A DNA stretch of 64,000 nucleotides, taken from the NCBI GenBank assembly GCA_038212275.1, contig JBBQUR010000004.1:32001-96000 (forward strand). The letters are read 5' to 3'. How positions within the stretch are numbered: the first letter of the stretch is position 1; each line of letters starts with the position of its first letter. The stretch is from Planctomycetota bacterium (GTDB lineage: Bacteria > Planctomycetota > B15-G4). Of the stretch, positions 51,506 through 61,803 are shown one piece after another. Position numbers and translations under genes: made by a program. Under the pieces are notes generated by a model, which worked only from the letters and a program-made list of their open reading frames with translations, had not been told where the DNA came from and searched no databases.

Positions 51506-53362
51506 ATGGAGAAGCGCCTTCCGCTGGCTCTGCTGCTGAGCCTCGTCTTCGTCTGGGTCTATCTCCAGATGACGGCTCCGCCGCCGCCGCCCGAGGGCTC
51601 GATCCCGCCGGCCGCCGAGAGCGTGAACGCCGCGCCGGGAATCGGCGCGACTCCGGACCAGGACGGCTCTGCGCCCCTGGCGAGTGGTGTGCCGGCTTCC
51701 GCGTCCGATGCGCCGCTCGAGCCGGGAGTCCCCGTGCCCTTCGAGGGCGAGGGCTATCGCGCCGAGTTCAGCACGCGCGGCGGCGGGCTCACCTGGCTGG
51801 AACTCACCGACTACCACACCAAGGCGCACGAGAGCGACGCGCTTCCGCTGCTCGAGGATGCCGGCGACGGCATCGGTCACTTCCTCGTCCGGGACTTCAA
51901 CGGACGCTATCCGCTGGATTCGGTCGCGTGGGAGGTCGAGCAACGCCGCTCCGACGAGGGCCGTGACCAGCTCGTCTTCCGCTGGACGGCGCCCGATGGC
52001 CTGCGCTTCACGCGCACGGTGACCGACCACGGCGACCGCACGAGCTTCGGCCTGTCGGTCGAGGTGGAGAATCTCGGCACGCAGGATCCCGGCGGCACGC
52101 TCACGCTGGTCATGCAGGGCCCGCATGGGCTGCGCGACGATCAGGCGGGCACGCAGTTCGCAGGCGGCGTCACGGGTCTTGTCGTGGTGCGCGGCCCCGA
52201 AGGCGACGACGTGCACAAGTGGGCCGGCGACAAGCTCGTGAGCGGCGATCCGCGCCGCATCGCGACCGGCGAGACCCTCGTCGCCGCGGGCTCGATGACC
52301 AACTACTTCACCTCCGTGCTCGTGCCGGAGGAAGGGACCTACGTCTCTCTGGCGCAGCCGGAGGCGACGCCCGATCGCGAACTGCTCGAGGCCGCGGTCG
52401 CCGCCAAGCATCCGGTCGACGAGAACGACGCTGCGCGCTGGCGCGACCGGCTGCGTGGCGAGCACAAGACCAACGCCGCCGTGAATCTCGTCCTTTCCGC
52501 CAAGTATCCGGCGCCTGGGCAGGCCGCTCGCTACGACTTCAAGGCCTACGCCGGCCCCAAGGATCGCAATCTCGCGCGCCAGCCGGGCTACCTCTTCCTG
52601 GACCCGATCCTCGAGAATGCCTTCGGACGCTGGGCCTGGATCAACCATGCGCTGCTGGCGATCCTCGGCTTCTTCCACGGCCTCACGAACAACTGGGGCG
52701 TGGCCATCATCCTGCTGGTGGTCATCGTGCGCCTGCTGCTGTTCCCGCTGAACCGCATCCAGCAATCGTCGATGGCGCGCTACGGCGCGACGATGCAGCG
52801 CCTCAAGCCCGAGCTGGACGCGCTGAAGCTCAAGCTCAAGGGCAACACGCGCAAGTTCAACGAGGAGCAGATGAAGCTGCTCAAGCGCGAGGGCGCGTCG
52901 CCTCCGCTCGGCGGCTGCCTGCTCATGTTCCTGCAGTTCCCCGTGTGGATCAGCCTGTTCCAGATCCTGCGCAACTCCATCGAGCTGCGGCATGCGGACT
53001 TCGTGTTCTGGGTGCACGACCTGTCGCGCCCCGACCAGATGCCGCTGCCCTTCTCGGTGTACGGCATCAACCACGTCAACGTGCTGCCCATCCTGATGGC
53101 CATTGCCAACGTGGTGCAACTGCGCTTCCAGCCCAAGCCGGCCGACGAAAGTCAGGCCCAGATGCAGAAGATCATGGGGCTCATGATGCCGGTCATGATG
53201 CTGGTGTTCCTCTACAACTACCCGTCCGGACTGTCGCTCTACATCTTCACCTCGTCGGTGCTGGGCATCTTTGAATACCAGGTCATCCGGCGCTTCTGGC
53301 CCGTGGCCGGCGCACCCGGAAGCGCCGCGGTGGCGACCGCGGGCAAGTCGGCCCCGGCCTGA
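51506..53362 (+). CDS. yidC: Membrane protein insertase YidC
   Basis: N-terminal TM, periplasmic domain, YAGPK, NWGVAIILL, PLGGCL..FLQFPVW, FWVHDLS.PD, PSGLSLY. Confidence 0.95.
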   Translation: MEKRLPLALLLSLVFVWVYLQMTAPPPPPEGSIPPAAESVNAAPGIGATPDQDGSAPLASGVPASASDAPLEPGVPVPFEGEGYRAEFSTRGGGLTWLELTDYHTKAHESDALPLLEDAGDGIGHFLVRDFNGRYPLDSVAWEVEQRRSDEGRDQLVFRWTAPDGLRFTRTVTDHGDRTSFGLSVEVENLGTQDPGGTLTLVMQGPHGLRDDQAGTQFAGGVTGLVVVRGPEGDDVHKWAGDKLVSGDPRRIATGETLVAAGSMTNYFTSVLVPEEGTYVSLAQPEATPDRELLEAAVAAKHPVDENDAARWRDRLRGEHKTNAAVNLVLSAKYPAPGQAARYDFKAYAGPKDRNLARQPGYLFLDPILENAFGRWAWINHALLAILGFFHGLTNNWGVAIILLVVIVRLLLFPLNRIQQSSMARYGATMQRLKPELDALKLKLKGNTRKFNEEQMKLLKREGASPPLGGCLLMFLQFPVWISLFQILRNSIELRHADFVFWVHDLSRPDQMPLPFSVYGINHVNVLPILMAIANVVQLRFQPKPADESQAQMQKIMGLMMPVMMLVFLYNYPSGLSLYIFTSSVLGIFEYQVIRRFWPVAGAPGSAAVATAGKSAPA

Positions 53363-53423
53363 CCGGGAGCCCGGGTCGCTGCGGGTGGGCCGAGGGCCCG
53401 CCGTTGCGTATTCTCTTCCCCCC

Positions 53424-54521
53424 ATGAGCGACACCATCGCAACCCGTCCGCGCGGCTCGCGTCTCGGCCTCGTGCTGTTCCTGCTGCTGCTGACGCTGGG
53501 CGTCTGGGAGGTCGTGGGTCGCGTCACGCCGCTGGTCAAGATCACGCCGCTGCGTTTCGCGCAGGCTGCCTGGAGCGTGGCGTCCGGACACGGGGCCTCG
53601 CCGCTCGGCGGTCCGGGCCCCGAGGACATGGACAAGCTCGCCTATCGTCCACTGCCGTACGTGAATTTCGGGCTCAAGGAGAATTGGGAGCGCAAGGAGC
53701 AGTTCCGCGACGGCGTGCCACTGAAGAAGACCACGAACAATCTCGGCTTCCGCGGCCGCGACATCGTCATCCCGAAGCCCGCGGGCTGTACGCGCATCGT
53801 GTGCCTCGGCGGATCGACGACGTACGGCGACGGCACCGACGACGACCACACCTATCCGGTGCTGCTCGAGAAGGCCCTGCGCGCAGCGCGGCCCGGCAAG
53901 GACATCGAGGTCATCAACGCGGGCGTGCTTTCCTACACCACGGCCGAGTCGCTGCCGAACCTCGCCTTCCGCTGCCTCGATTTCCAGCCCGACATCATCG
54001 TGCTCTACGAGGGCATCAACGACGTCCGCCCGCGCCGCTACGCCAACTTCGACAACGGCTACTTCCACTACCGCAAGGTCTGGGACGGCAGCGCCTCCGG
54101 CTTTGAGGCGGGCCCGAAGGGCACCGACATGGAGGGCGGCATCAACTGCTTCATCCAGCGCCTGCGGCCCGCGGACAATGGCGACGAGGCTGAGAACCAG
54201 GCGCGCGCCGGCACGACGGCCTTCCGTAACAACCTCACGAGCATCGCAGGCATCGCCGCGGCGCACGGCATCAAGGTCGTCATGGTGAGCAATGTCTCCG
54301 ATCCGGGCAGGTACGACCTGGACCCGGCCCTCGTGGCGGGCATCGTGGAGAACAACGGCGTGGTGAAGGACGTCGCGGCGCGTCAGAGTGCGCTCTTCAT
54401 CGACATGGCGGCCGCCTACCAGGGCAAGGACCAGTTCACCGACCTGATCCACATGAATGACGAAGGTTCGCTGCAGATGGCGCGGCTCATCGCCGACGGA
54501 ATGCTCAAGGGCACGCTGTGA
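53424..54521 (+). CDS. SGNH/GDSL hydrolase family membrane-anchored protein
   Basis: TNNLGFRG, CLGGSTTYG, VINAGV, GIND, DLIH. Confidence 0.85.
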   Translation: MSDTIATRPRGSRLGLVLFLLLLTLGVWEVVGRVTPLVKITPLRFAQAAWSVASGHGASPLGGPGPEDMDKLAYRPLPYVNFGLKENWERKEQFRDGVPLKKTTNNLGFRGRDIVIPKPAGCTRIVCLGGSTTYGDGTDDDHTYPVLLEKALRAARPGKDIEVINAGVLSYTTAESLPNLAFRCLDFQPDIIVLYEGINDVRPRRYANFDNGYFHYRKVWDGSASGFEAGPKGTDMEGGINCFIQRLRPADNGDEAENQARAGTTAFRNNLTSIAGIAAAHGIKVVMVSNVSDPGRYDLDPALVAGIVENNGVVKDVAARQSALFIDMAAAYQGKDQFTDLIHMNDEGSLQMARLIADGMLKGTL

Positions 54522-55246
54522 ACCCGCTGCGCATCTCCGTCGCGGCGCCGTGCTTCAACGAGGCGGAGAGCATCGCGACCGTCGTCGCGGCATGGGACGA
54601 CATCCTGTCGGGCATCCCGCGCGGCAGCGAGATCGTGCTCTGCAACGACGGCAGCTCGGACGGGACCGCCGCCATCCTCGAGCAGCTCTGCGCGCGCTAT
54701 CCGCGGCTGCGCGTCGTGAGCTTCGAGACGAACGGCGGCTATGGCCGCGCGCTGTCCGCTGCGATCGACGCGACGCAGGGCGAGTACGTCGTGACCATCG
54801 ACAGCGACGGGCAGTTCGACCTGAACGACGCGATCGCCCTGCTGGCCGAACTCGAGGACGGCGACTACGACTGCGTGACCGGCTACCGCAAGGCGAAGCA
54901 GGACAGCCTCTTCCGCGTGCTGGCGGACCGCGGCCTCAACCGCCTCGTGCGGCTCATGTTCGGCGTGAGGCTGCGCGACACCAACTGCGCCCTGAAGGTG
55001 GCGAAGGGCGACGTCCTGCGCGGGCTGCGCATCGAGGCGCGCGGCTATCCGACGCCCACGGAGATCCTGCTGCGCCTGCACGCCCGCGGCCATCGCATCG
55101 GCGAGGCGGGCGTGAGCCACCACGAACGCGTCGGCGGCGCCAGCAAGCTGCACCCGTGGCGCACGGCCTGGGCGATGTTCCGCTTCCTGCTCTACCTCCG
55201 CCGCAAGTTGAAGCTCTTCCGCGCCCGGATTATCGTCGAGCCATGA
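54518..55246 (+). CDS. GT2 glycosyltransferase (polyprenol-phosphate glycosyltransferase-like)
   Basis: PCFNEAE, NDGSSDGT, NGGYGRAL, IDSDGQF, DTNCALK. Confidence 0.88.
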   Translation: MNPLRISVAAPCFNEAESIATVVAAWDDILSGIPRGSEIVLCNDGSSDGTAAILEQLCARYPRLRVVSFETNGGYGRALSAAIDATQGEYVVTIDSDGQFDLNDAIALLAELEDGDYDCVTGYRKAKQDSLFRVLADRGLNRLVRLMFGVRLRDTNCALKVAKGDVLRGLRIEARGYPTPTEILLRLHARGHRIGEAGVSHHERVGGASKLHPWRTAWAMFRFLLYLRRKLKLFRARIIVEP

Positions 55247-56202
55247 GCAAGCCCGGTGCCTCGAGTGCGGTGGATGACGGAGCGCTCGTGGGCGTGATCC
55301 TCGCGGCGGGCAAGGGCACGCGCATCGCGCCATTCTCGGACCGCTATCCGAAGCCGGTGCTGCCGGTCCTCGGCAAGCCGCTCATCCAGCACCAGGTCGA
55401 ATGCCTGCGCGACCTGGGCGTGCGGCGCGTGCTCATCGTCATCGGCCACCTCGGCTACGAAATCGTGCGGGCGCTCGGCGACGGCGGCAGCCTCGGCGTG
55501 CACATCGAATACGTCGACCAGGGGCCGACGCTCGGCATCGCGCACGCCCTCGGCAAGCTCGAGGAGCGCATCGACCGACCCTTCATGCTTTTCCTCGGGG
55601 ACATCTTCTTCCTGAACAGCAATCTGCCCGCGATGGCGGCGCTGCTGGGGCCCGACGACGTGCGCGGCGTCCTGGCCGTGAAGGAAGAACCGTCCGTCGC
55701 CGCCATCCGACGCAACTTCGTGGTCATGGAAGATGCGAAGGGCTTCGTGACCCGCGTCATCGAGAAGCCGCAGCATCCGCGCACGCGCCTCAAGGGCTGC
55801 GGGCTCTACCTCTTCGACCCCGTCTTCTTCGACGCCGTGCGCCGCACGCCACGCACCGCGCTGCGCGACGAGTACGAGATCACCGACGCGATCCAGATCT
55901 TCCTCGACGACGGCAACCGCGTGAAGGCGGCCCACGTGATCGAGGACGACCTGAACCTCAGCTATCCTCCCGACCTGCTCGACGTCAACCTCAAGGTGCT
56001 CGGCGCCCGCGAGCACGTCGGGCGCGACGTGCGCCTCGCGAAGGGCTGCCGCATCGAGCACAGCGTGCTCATGGACGGTGTCACGGTCGAGCAGCCGATC
56101 ACCATCCGCCAGTGCCTCATCTTCCCGGGCGTGACGATCACCGGGAGCGCGGATCTCGAGCGACGCATCGTGACCGCCGACCACGTGATCGATTGCCGCT
56201 AG
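55243..56202 (+). CDS. Sugar-1-phosphate nucleotidyltransferase (RmlA-like)
   Basis: VILAAGKGTR, PKPVLPV, LGIAHAL, FLGD, EKP, EYEITDA. Confidence 0.88.
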   Translation: MSKPGASSAVDDGALVGVILAAGKGTRIAPFSDRYPKPVLPVLGKPLIQHQVECLRDLGVRRVLIVIGHLGYEIVRALGDGGSLGVHIEYVDQGPTLGIAHALGKLEERIDRPFMLFLGDIFFLNSNLPAMAALLGPDDVRGVLAVKEEPSVAAIRRNFVVMEDAKGFVTRVIEKPQHPRTRLKGCGLYLFDPVFFDAVRRTPRTALRDEYEITDAIQIFLDDGNRVKAAHVIEDDLNLSYPPDLLDVNLKVLGAREHVGRDVRLAKGCRIEHSVLMDGVTVEQPITIRQCLIFPGVTITGSADLERRIVTADHVIDCR

Positions 56203-56215
56203 GCGGGGATTCCAG

Positions 56216-57172
56216 ATGACGGCAGCACAGCCGATCAAGCGCGCCCTGATCACGGGCGGCGCCGGTTTCATCGGACACCACATCGCGCACGCCCTCGTGC
56301 GGCGCGGCGTGGAGGTCACGGTCCTCGACAACCTGTCGATGGGCAGGCGCGAGAACGTGCCGCAGGGTGCCCGCCTGATCGAGGGCGACGTGCGCGACGC
56401 CGAACAGGTCACCGTCGCGATGCAGGGCGTGGACGTCGTGCTGCACGAGGCCGCGATCGTCTCGATCCGCGCGTCGGTCGAGGGCTTCGTGCGCGACGCG
56501 GACGTGAACCTGCTCGGCACGCTCAACGTGCTGCAGTGCATGGCCGATAGCGGCGTGAAGCGCGCGCTCTTCGCGTCCTCGATGGCCGTGTACGCCGACC
56601 GTGCGCAGCCCGAGCCGCTGCGCGAGGACGCGCCCGTCGCGCCGATCTCCCCGTACGGCATCGCCAAGCTGGCCGGCGAGCAGTACTGGTTGATGATGTG
56701 CCGGCACTTCGGCATCTCGGGGACGGTGCTGCGCTACTTCAACACCTATGGCCCCAACCAGACGCCGACGCCCTATGTCGGCGTCATCACGATCTTCATC
56801 AACAAGCTGCTTCGAGGCGAAGTGCCCGTGATCTACGGTGACGGCGAGCAGCGCCGTGACTTCGTGCACGTCAGCGACATCGTGGCCGCCAACCTGGCCG
56901 TGCTCGACGCGCCGCCCGAGGCGACCTCCGGCCGCGTCTTCAACGTGGGGACCGGGCATGCGACGTCGGTGAACGACATCGCGCGCGAACTCGTGGCCGT
57001 ACTGGCTCCGGGTCGCGAGCCGCGCCGTGCGCCGGCGCAGGAGGGCGAAATGCGCAACGCCATTGCAGACATTTCGGCGATCCGCTCGGCCCTGGGCTGG
57101 GAGCCGCAGCGGCGCCGCGTCAGCTTCGTCGATGTCGTGGAGTGGTGGCGAGCGCAGGGCGTCGCGCGCTGA
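56216..57172 (+). CDS. NAD-dependent epimerase/dehydratase
   Basis: LITGGAGFIGHH, SSMAVY, PYGIAK (YxxxK), RYFNTYGP, RDFVHVSD. Confidence 0.92.
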   Translation: MTAAQPIKRALITGGAGFIGHHIAHALVRRGVEVTVLDNLSMGRRENVPQGARLIEGDVRDAEQVTVAMQGVDVVLHEAAIVSIRASVEGFVRDADVNLLGTLNVLQCMADSGVKRALFASSMAVYADRAQPEPLREDAPVAPISPYGIAKLAGEQYWLMMCRHFGISGTVLRYFNTYGPNQTPTPYVGVITIFINKLLRGEVPVIYGDGEQRRDFVHVSDIVAANLAVLDAPPEATSGRVFNVGTGHATSVNDIARELVAVLAPGREPRRAPAQEGEMRNAIADISAIRSALGWEPQRRRVSFVDVVEWWRAQGVAR

Positions 57173-57190
57173 TCGGGGGCGCGGACCGTG

Positions 57191-58549
57191 ATGTCACCTG
57201 CAGTGGACACGATCGTCGCGGCGATCACGCCTCCCGGCTTCGCGGAGCGCGCCGCGGTGCGCCTGTCGGGACCGGCCGCGTTCGACCTGGCTCGCACCGT
57301 GTTCGAGGTGCCCGCGGAGCTGAAGCCCGGGCGCGCCGCGCAGGCCATCTGGCGTCCGCTGCCGCTGCTCGCGCTGCCCGTGACGCTGCTGCCCTTCCGG
57401 GCGCCGCACTCCTACACGGGCGAGGACGTGATCGAGATTCACCTCAAGGGATGGCCGGTCGTGGTGGCCACGCTCATCACGCGCCTCGTGGCGGCCGGCG
57501 CGCGGCCGGCCGCCCGCGGCGAGTTCAGCCGGCGCGCGCTGGTGACGGGGCGCGTGACCGCCGCCCAGACGGTGGCCCTCGCGCGGCTCCTGGCCTCGCG
57601 CACCGCCGAGGAGGCGGCCGCCGCGGCGAGCGCGCTCACCGGGGCGCCCGCCGAGCGCCGCTCGCTCCTGCGCGACACCCTGCTCGACACGCTCGCGCGG
57701 CTCGAGGCGCACGTCGACTTCGAGGAGGATGACACCGAGGCCGTGAGCGAGACCGAGCTGCGCGCGGGCGTCGAGCGCGCCGTCGAGATCGCGCGCGAGG
57801 CCGTGGTCGTGGCCGGGCGCACGGCGCGCCTCGACGGCGAGTCCGACGTGGTGCTGCTTGGCGCGCCGAATGCCGGCAAGTCGCAGCTCTTCCTCGCGCT
57901 TTGTCCCGGTGCCAGCACGACCGTGTCGCCCGTCGCGGGCACGACGCGCGACGCGCTCGAGGCGCGCGTCGTGCGTGGCGGCCGTCACTGGCGCGTGCTG
58001 GACGGCCCGGGCGTCGACACCGGCGAGTTTCCGCTCACGCCGCTCGACCGCCGCGCGAGCGAGGCCTGGATCGCACAGCTGCCGACGCTCGCCGTGGTGC
58101 TGCTCGTGGAGGATGTCGCGGCCACGCCGCGAGCCGAGACACGTGCACGCCTCCTGGCGGCCGCGGGAGCCAGGCCGCTCGTGCCCGTGTTCTCCAAGTG
58201 CGACCTGATCGAAGCCGGGGAGGCCAGCCGCCGCGCGGAGTCCGCCGGGGCGTGCGCCGTCTCGGCGCAGGAGCACACGGGCCTGGACGGACTCTGGGCT
58301 GCGGTGGCGCGGGTGGCGCCTGCGCCCCTCGCTCCGGACCTCGCGGCCGAGCGCGAAGCGCGTGCAGCGGCCACGCTGCTCCCGCTGCTGGAGCAGACCC
58401 TGTCGGCGCCGCTGACCGGGGCGCTGCCCCTCGTCGCTCTGGCGCTGCGCGACGCGCTGGCCGAGCTCGACGACACCCTCGACGAGGGGCGCGACCTCAC
58501 GGAGGAAGTGCTCGATCGCATCTTCGCGAGCTTCTGCATCGGCAAGTAG
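57191..58549 (+). CDS. mnmE: tRNA modification GTPase MnmE (divergent)
   Basis: DTIVAAITPPG, SYTGEDVIE, GEFSRRA, EAHVDF, GAPNAGKS, GTTRD, C-terminal IFASFCIGK. Confidence 0.88.
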   Translation: MSPAVDTIVAAITPPGFAERAAVRLSGPAAFDLARTVFEVPAELKPGRAAQAIWRPLPLLALPVTLLPFRAPHSYTGEDVIEIHLKGWPVVVATLITRLVAAGARPAARGEFSRRALVTGRVTAAQTVALARLLASRTAEEAAAAASALTGAPAERRSLLRDTLLDTLARLEAHVDFEEDDTEAVSETELRAGVERAVEIAREAVVVAGRTARLDGESDVVLLGAPNAGKSQLFLALCPGASTTVSPVAGTTRDALEARVVRGGRHWRVLDGPGVDTGEFPLTPLDRRASEAWIAQLPTLAVVLLVEDVAATPRAETRARLLAAAGARPLVPVFSKCDLIEAGEASRRAESAGACAVSAQEHTGLDGLWAAVARVAPAPLAPDLAAEREARAAATLLPLLEQTLSAPLTGALPLVALALRDALAELDDTLDEGRDLTEEVLDRIFASFCIGK

Positions 58550-58596
58550 CTGCACGCGCGAACTGCGTGACATGCAGGCTAGACTCTGCTGTGCCC

Positions 58597-60624
58597 ATGG
58601 AAGAGTCCGGCGAAAAGACCGAGCTGCCTGTCGTGCTGCGCGAGATCACGCGTGTCATCGCGGCCGGCGAGCGCATCGACACGCAGGAGTATCTGCAGCG
58701 CTATCCGGCCATCGCCCCGGAGCTCAAGCAGTTCTTCGCCACGCGCACTGCCGACGGCGGGCAGCCGCTGGGTCTCGTGCCGGGTGCGGTGCTGGACGAC
58801 TATCGCATCGTGCGCCCGATCGGCCGCGGCGGCATGGGAGTCGTGTACGAGGCGGAACAGCTCTCGCTGGGTCGCCGCGTCGCGCTGAAGGTCATGCCGC
58901 CGGGCGCCCTGCGCACGAAGATGGCCATGGACCGATTCCGGCGCGAGGCCATGGCCGTGGCGCGCCTCTCGCATCCGCGCATCGTCGCGGTGCACGGCTT
59001 CAATGAAGCGGGCGGGGTCGCCTACCTGGCGATGGAGCTCGTGGAAGGTCTCGATCTGGCGGAGATCATCGACCGCCTGCGCACGGCGCGCACGCACGGC
59101 CGGCGCTTCGTGCGCATCTCGGGACCCGGCCTCGATCAGGACATCACGGCGTGGGCGAAAGGCCGCAAACTCATCGGCACGCTGCCGGATGATCCGCGCA
59201 TCGAGGACGGCATCGTCATCGACCTGCGCAACTACGCGCCGATGGCGGCTGCCCTCGCGGCCGATGCCGCGGATGCGCTGCGGCACGCGCACGCGCACGG
59301 CGTCATCCACCGCGACATCAAGCCGAGCAACCTGCTGCTTGCCCGCGACGGCCATATCAAGCTGTCGGACTTCGGGCTGGCCAAGGGCGCCGGCGACGGC
59401 TTGGTCACCGCGACGGGAGACTTCGTCGGCTCGCCCGCCTACGTGAGCCCGGAACAGGCCCAGACGCGCCGCGCCAAGGTGGACGAGCGCAGCGACATCT
59501 ACAGCCTGGGCGTCACGCTGTACGAACTGCTCACGCTGCACCAGCCCTTCGCGGGCAAGGACGTCGCCGTGACGCTGCGGCAGATCCTGACCAAGGACCC
59601 GCCGCCTCCGAGCAAGCTCGACCCGCGCCTGCCGCGCGACATCGAGACCATCGTCATGAAGGCGATCGAGAAGGAACCCGCGCGGCGTTACCAGACCGCG
59701 GAGGAGTTCGGCGACGACCTGCGCCGCTTCCTCAATTTCGAGGCGATCGTCGCGCGGCCGCCGTCGGCGGTGTCCCGCGTGGTGCGCAGCATCCGGCGCC
59801 GGCGCGTCGGCATGGCGCTGGGCGCGATGGCGCTCGCGATCGTCGTGCTGACCGTGATGCTGGCGCAGGGCATCTGGCGTTCCGACCGGCGCGGCGAGAG
59901 CGTCGTGCGCGACCTGTCCGAGCAGCTTGCCCGCCGCGGCAGCGACCCGGTGGCGACAGGCGTGCTCGATCTCGTGCAGGAGCTGAGCCAGGACCTGCCG
60001 CGTGCCGAGCGGCGCCAGCGCATCGAGGCGCTCTCGTCCGATGCCAGCGCCCTGCTGCAGGCCGGCGACTACGAACGCGTGGACAGTCTGCTCGCGCAGC
60101 TCGACGCGAAAGCCGCGCTGGGGAACTGGGACGCTCTCGACCGCCAGCTGCTCGAGGCGAGCCAGCGGCAACTCAAGATCGAGCTCGTGCGGCGACTCGG
60201 CGAGGACCTGGCCGGCCCGCGCGATGTGCCGCTGGCCACGCGCCAGTGGCGCGGCTGGCTCAGCGTTCTGGAGCGCCGGCTGCAGGACCCCGACAGCCTG
60301 GTGTGCCTCAACGCCGCCGTCGCGCTCACCCGCATCGGCGCCTCGTCGTCGGCCGCCGCGCTCTATGACGCGCTCACGCGCCGCACGGACGTGGAGGGCC
60401 GCATCGCGATCATCGAGGCGCTCGGCCTGGTCGACAATCCGACCGCGATCCGACTGCTCGCCGAGGAGGCGCACGCGGACAGCGTCTGGGTGCGTGTCGC
60501 GGCGCTCGATGCCCTCGCCGCGCATCGGCTGCCGAACCTCGCGGAACTGGCCGGACATCTCAAGGACGATCCCGAGGCGTGGCTCGCGCACCGGGCTCAG
60601 GCGCTCATGCCGGTGCCGCCGTGA
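58597..60624 (+). CDS. Membrane Ser/Thr protein kinase with C-terminal HEAT repeats
   Basis: IGRGGMGVVY, VALK, HRDIKPSN, DFGLAK, GSPAYVSPEQ; TM helix; HEAT-like C-terminus. Confidence 0.92.
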   Translation: MEESGEKTELPVVLREITRVIAAGERIDTQEYLQRYPAIAPELKQFFATRTADGGQPLGLVPGAVLDDYRIVRPIGRGGMGVVYEAEQLSLGRRVALKVMPPGALRTKMAMDRFRREAMAVARLSHPRIVAVHGFNEAGGVAYLAMELVEGLDLAEIIDRLRTARTHGRRFVRISGPGLDQDITAWAKGRKLIGTLPDDPRIEDGIVIDLRNYAPMAAALAADAADALRHAHAHGVIHRDIKPSNLLLARDGHIKLSDFGLAKGAGDGLVTATGDFVGSPAYVSPEQAQTRRAKVDERSDIYSLGVTLYELLTLHQPFAGKDVAVTLRQILTKDPPPPSKLDPRLPRDIETIVMKAIEKEPARRYQTAEEFGDDLRRFLNFEAIVARPPSAVSRVVRSIRRRRVGMALGAMALAIVVLTVMLAQGIWRSDRRGESVVRDLSEQLARRGSDPVATGVLDLVQELSQDLPRAERRQRIEALSSDASALLQAGDYERVDSLLAQLDAKAALGNWDALDRQLLEASQRQLKIELVRRLGEDLAGPRDVPLATRQWRGWLSVLERRLQDPDSLVCLNAAVALTRIGASSSAAALYDALTRRTDVEGRIAIIEALGLVDNPTAIRLLAEEAHADSVWVRVAALDALAAHRLPNLAELAGHLKDDPEAWLAHRAQALMPVPP

Positions 60625-61748
60625 GGGCCTCGCTCCGCTTCCGCCTCTGGTGCGCGGCCCTGCCCGCGCTGATCGCCGCGTTCGCGCCGATGTCCGGCTG
60701 CAGCAAGCCGCCGCACTCCATCGGAGTCATCCTGCCACTGGAGGGCGCGCTCAAGCAGCAAGGTCACGAGCTGCAGGCGGGCATCGACATGGCGCTGTCG
60801 GAAGTGCCGCCCGAACGTCGGCCGCACGTGCTCGTCATGGACAACGGCGGCTCTCCGCAGGCCACCTCAGCGGCCGTGGATGCCCTGGTGCGGCAGGGCG
60901 CCACGGTGATCATAGGCCCGCTGACGACCGACAACGTCGCCGTGGCGACGCTGGCCGGACGCTTCCTCGGCGTGAGCTGCGTGGCCCCGGCGGCCACCGG
61001 CAGCCGGCTCATCGAGCCCGCCATGGGAACGCTGCGTCTCTGCTTCGGCGACGACGACGCGGGGGCCGCGCTGGCCCGCTATGCGCGCGACACGCTGCGC
61101 CTGGAACAGATGGCCGTCGTCATCGACCTCGCGTCGACGTACTCGGTGGGTCTGGCCACGGCGTTCAGTCAGGAATTCCTGCGGCGCGGCGGCAGCATCG
61201 CGGGGCGTTTCTATTTTCACGGCGGCGCCGCCGATGCCGATGTGGTGCTGGATTCGGTCGCCGCACTCGAGCCCGACGGCGTGCTGCTGGCGGCGTACTC
61301 GCCGGACGTGGTGCGCATGGTCAACGCGGCGCACGATCCGCGCGTGGCCGAGCTCATCCTCCTGGGTGGCGATGGCTGGAGCGGCTCCGGCGTGCGCGAG
61401 GCGCTCGAGGGCCGCGTGCGCGGCGCCTATCGCACGCGGCACTTCGATCCGGACAGCCACGACCCGCTCATCGAGGCCTTCGTCGCACGCTTCCGGGCGA
61501 CGGCCCACGAGGAGCCGACGGACCTGGTGGCACTCGGCTACGATGCGGCCCGCGCCGTGGTGGGCGTCTTCGATCCCGCGCTGGATGGCCCGGCCATGCG
61601 CACCCGGTTGCTCGGCCTCGCCGGCCAGCCAGGGGTCACCGGCGAGGTGACGCTTGATGGCCGCGGGGCGGCCAGCGACAAGCCCGTCCTGCTCGAAGTG
61701 CTGCACGATCCGAGGCAGCCCGGGGGCCTCGGGCGCATCGATCGCTGA
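60621..61748 (+). CDS. Periplasmic binding protein type I (LivK/LppC-like) lipoprotein
   Basis: Lipobox MSGC; IGVILPLEG, IIGPLTT, YSVGLA..F, LGGDGW, ALGYDA; GTGA overlap with the kinase. Confidence 0.82.
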   Translation: MRASLRFRLWCAALPALIAAFAPMSGCSKPPHSIGVILPLEGALKQQGHELQAGIDMALSEVPPERRPHVLVMDNGGSPQATSAAVDALVRQGATVIIGPLTTDNVAVATLAGRFLGVSCVAPAATGSRLIEPAMGTLRLCFGDDDAGAALARYARDTLRLEQMAVVIDLASTYSVGLATAFSQEFLRRGGSIAGRFYFHGGAADADVVLDSVAALEPDGVLLAAYSPDVVRMVNAAHDPRVAELILLGGDGWSGSGVREALEGRVRGAYRTRHFDPDSHDPLIEAFVARFRATAHEEPTDLVALGYDAARAVVGVFDPALDGPAMRTRLLGLAGQPGVTGEVTLDGRGAASDKPVLLEVLHDPRQPGGLGRIDR

Positions 61749-61756
61749 AACAGTAC

Positions 61757-61803
61757 GGCCTGCATTTGGTGGCCGGCGGGTATGGAAACACCATCCCTTG
61801 TGG
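61757..61803 (+). promoter_or_regulatory. Two degenerate NrdR-box-like sites
   Basis: ggcctgcatttggtgg (61757-61772) and acaccatcccttgtgg (61788-61803), 31 bp apart, versus consensus acaCwAtATaTwGtg. Confidence 0.4.
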
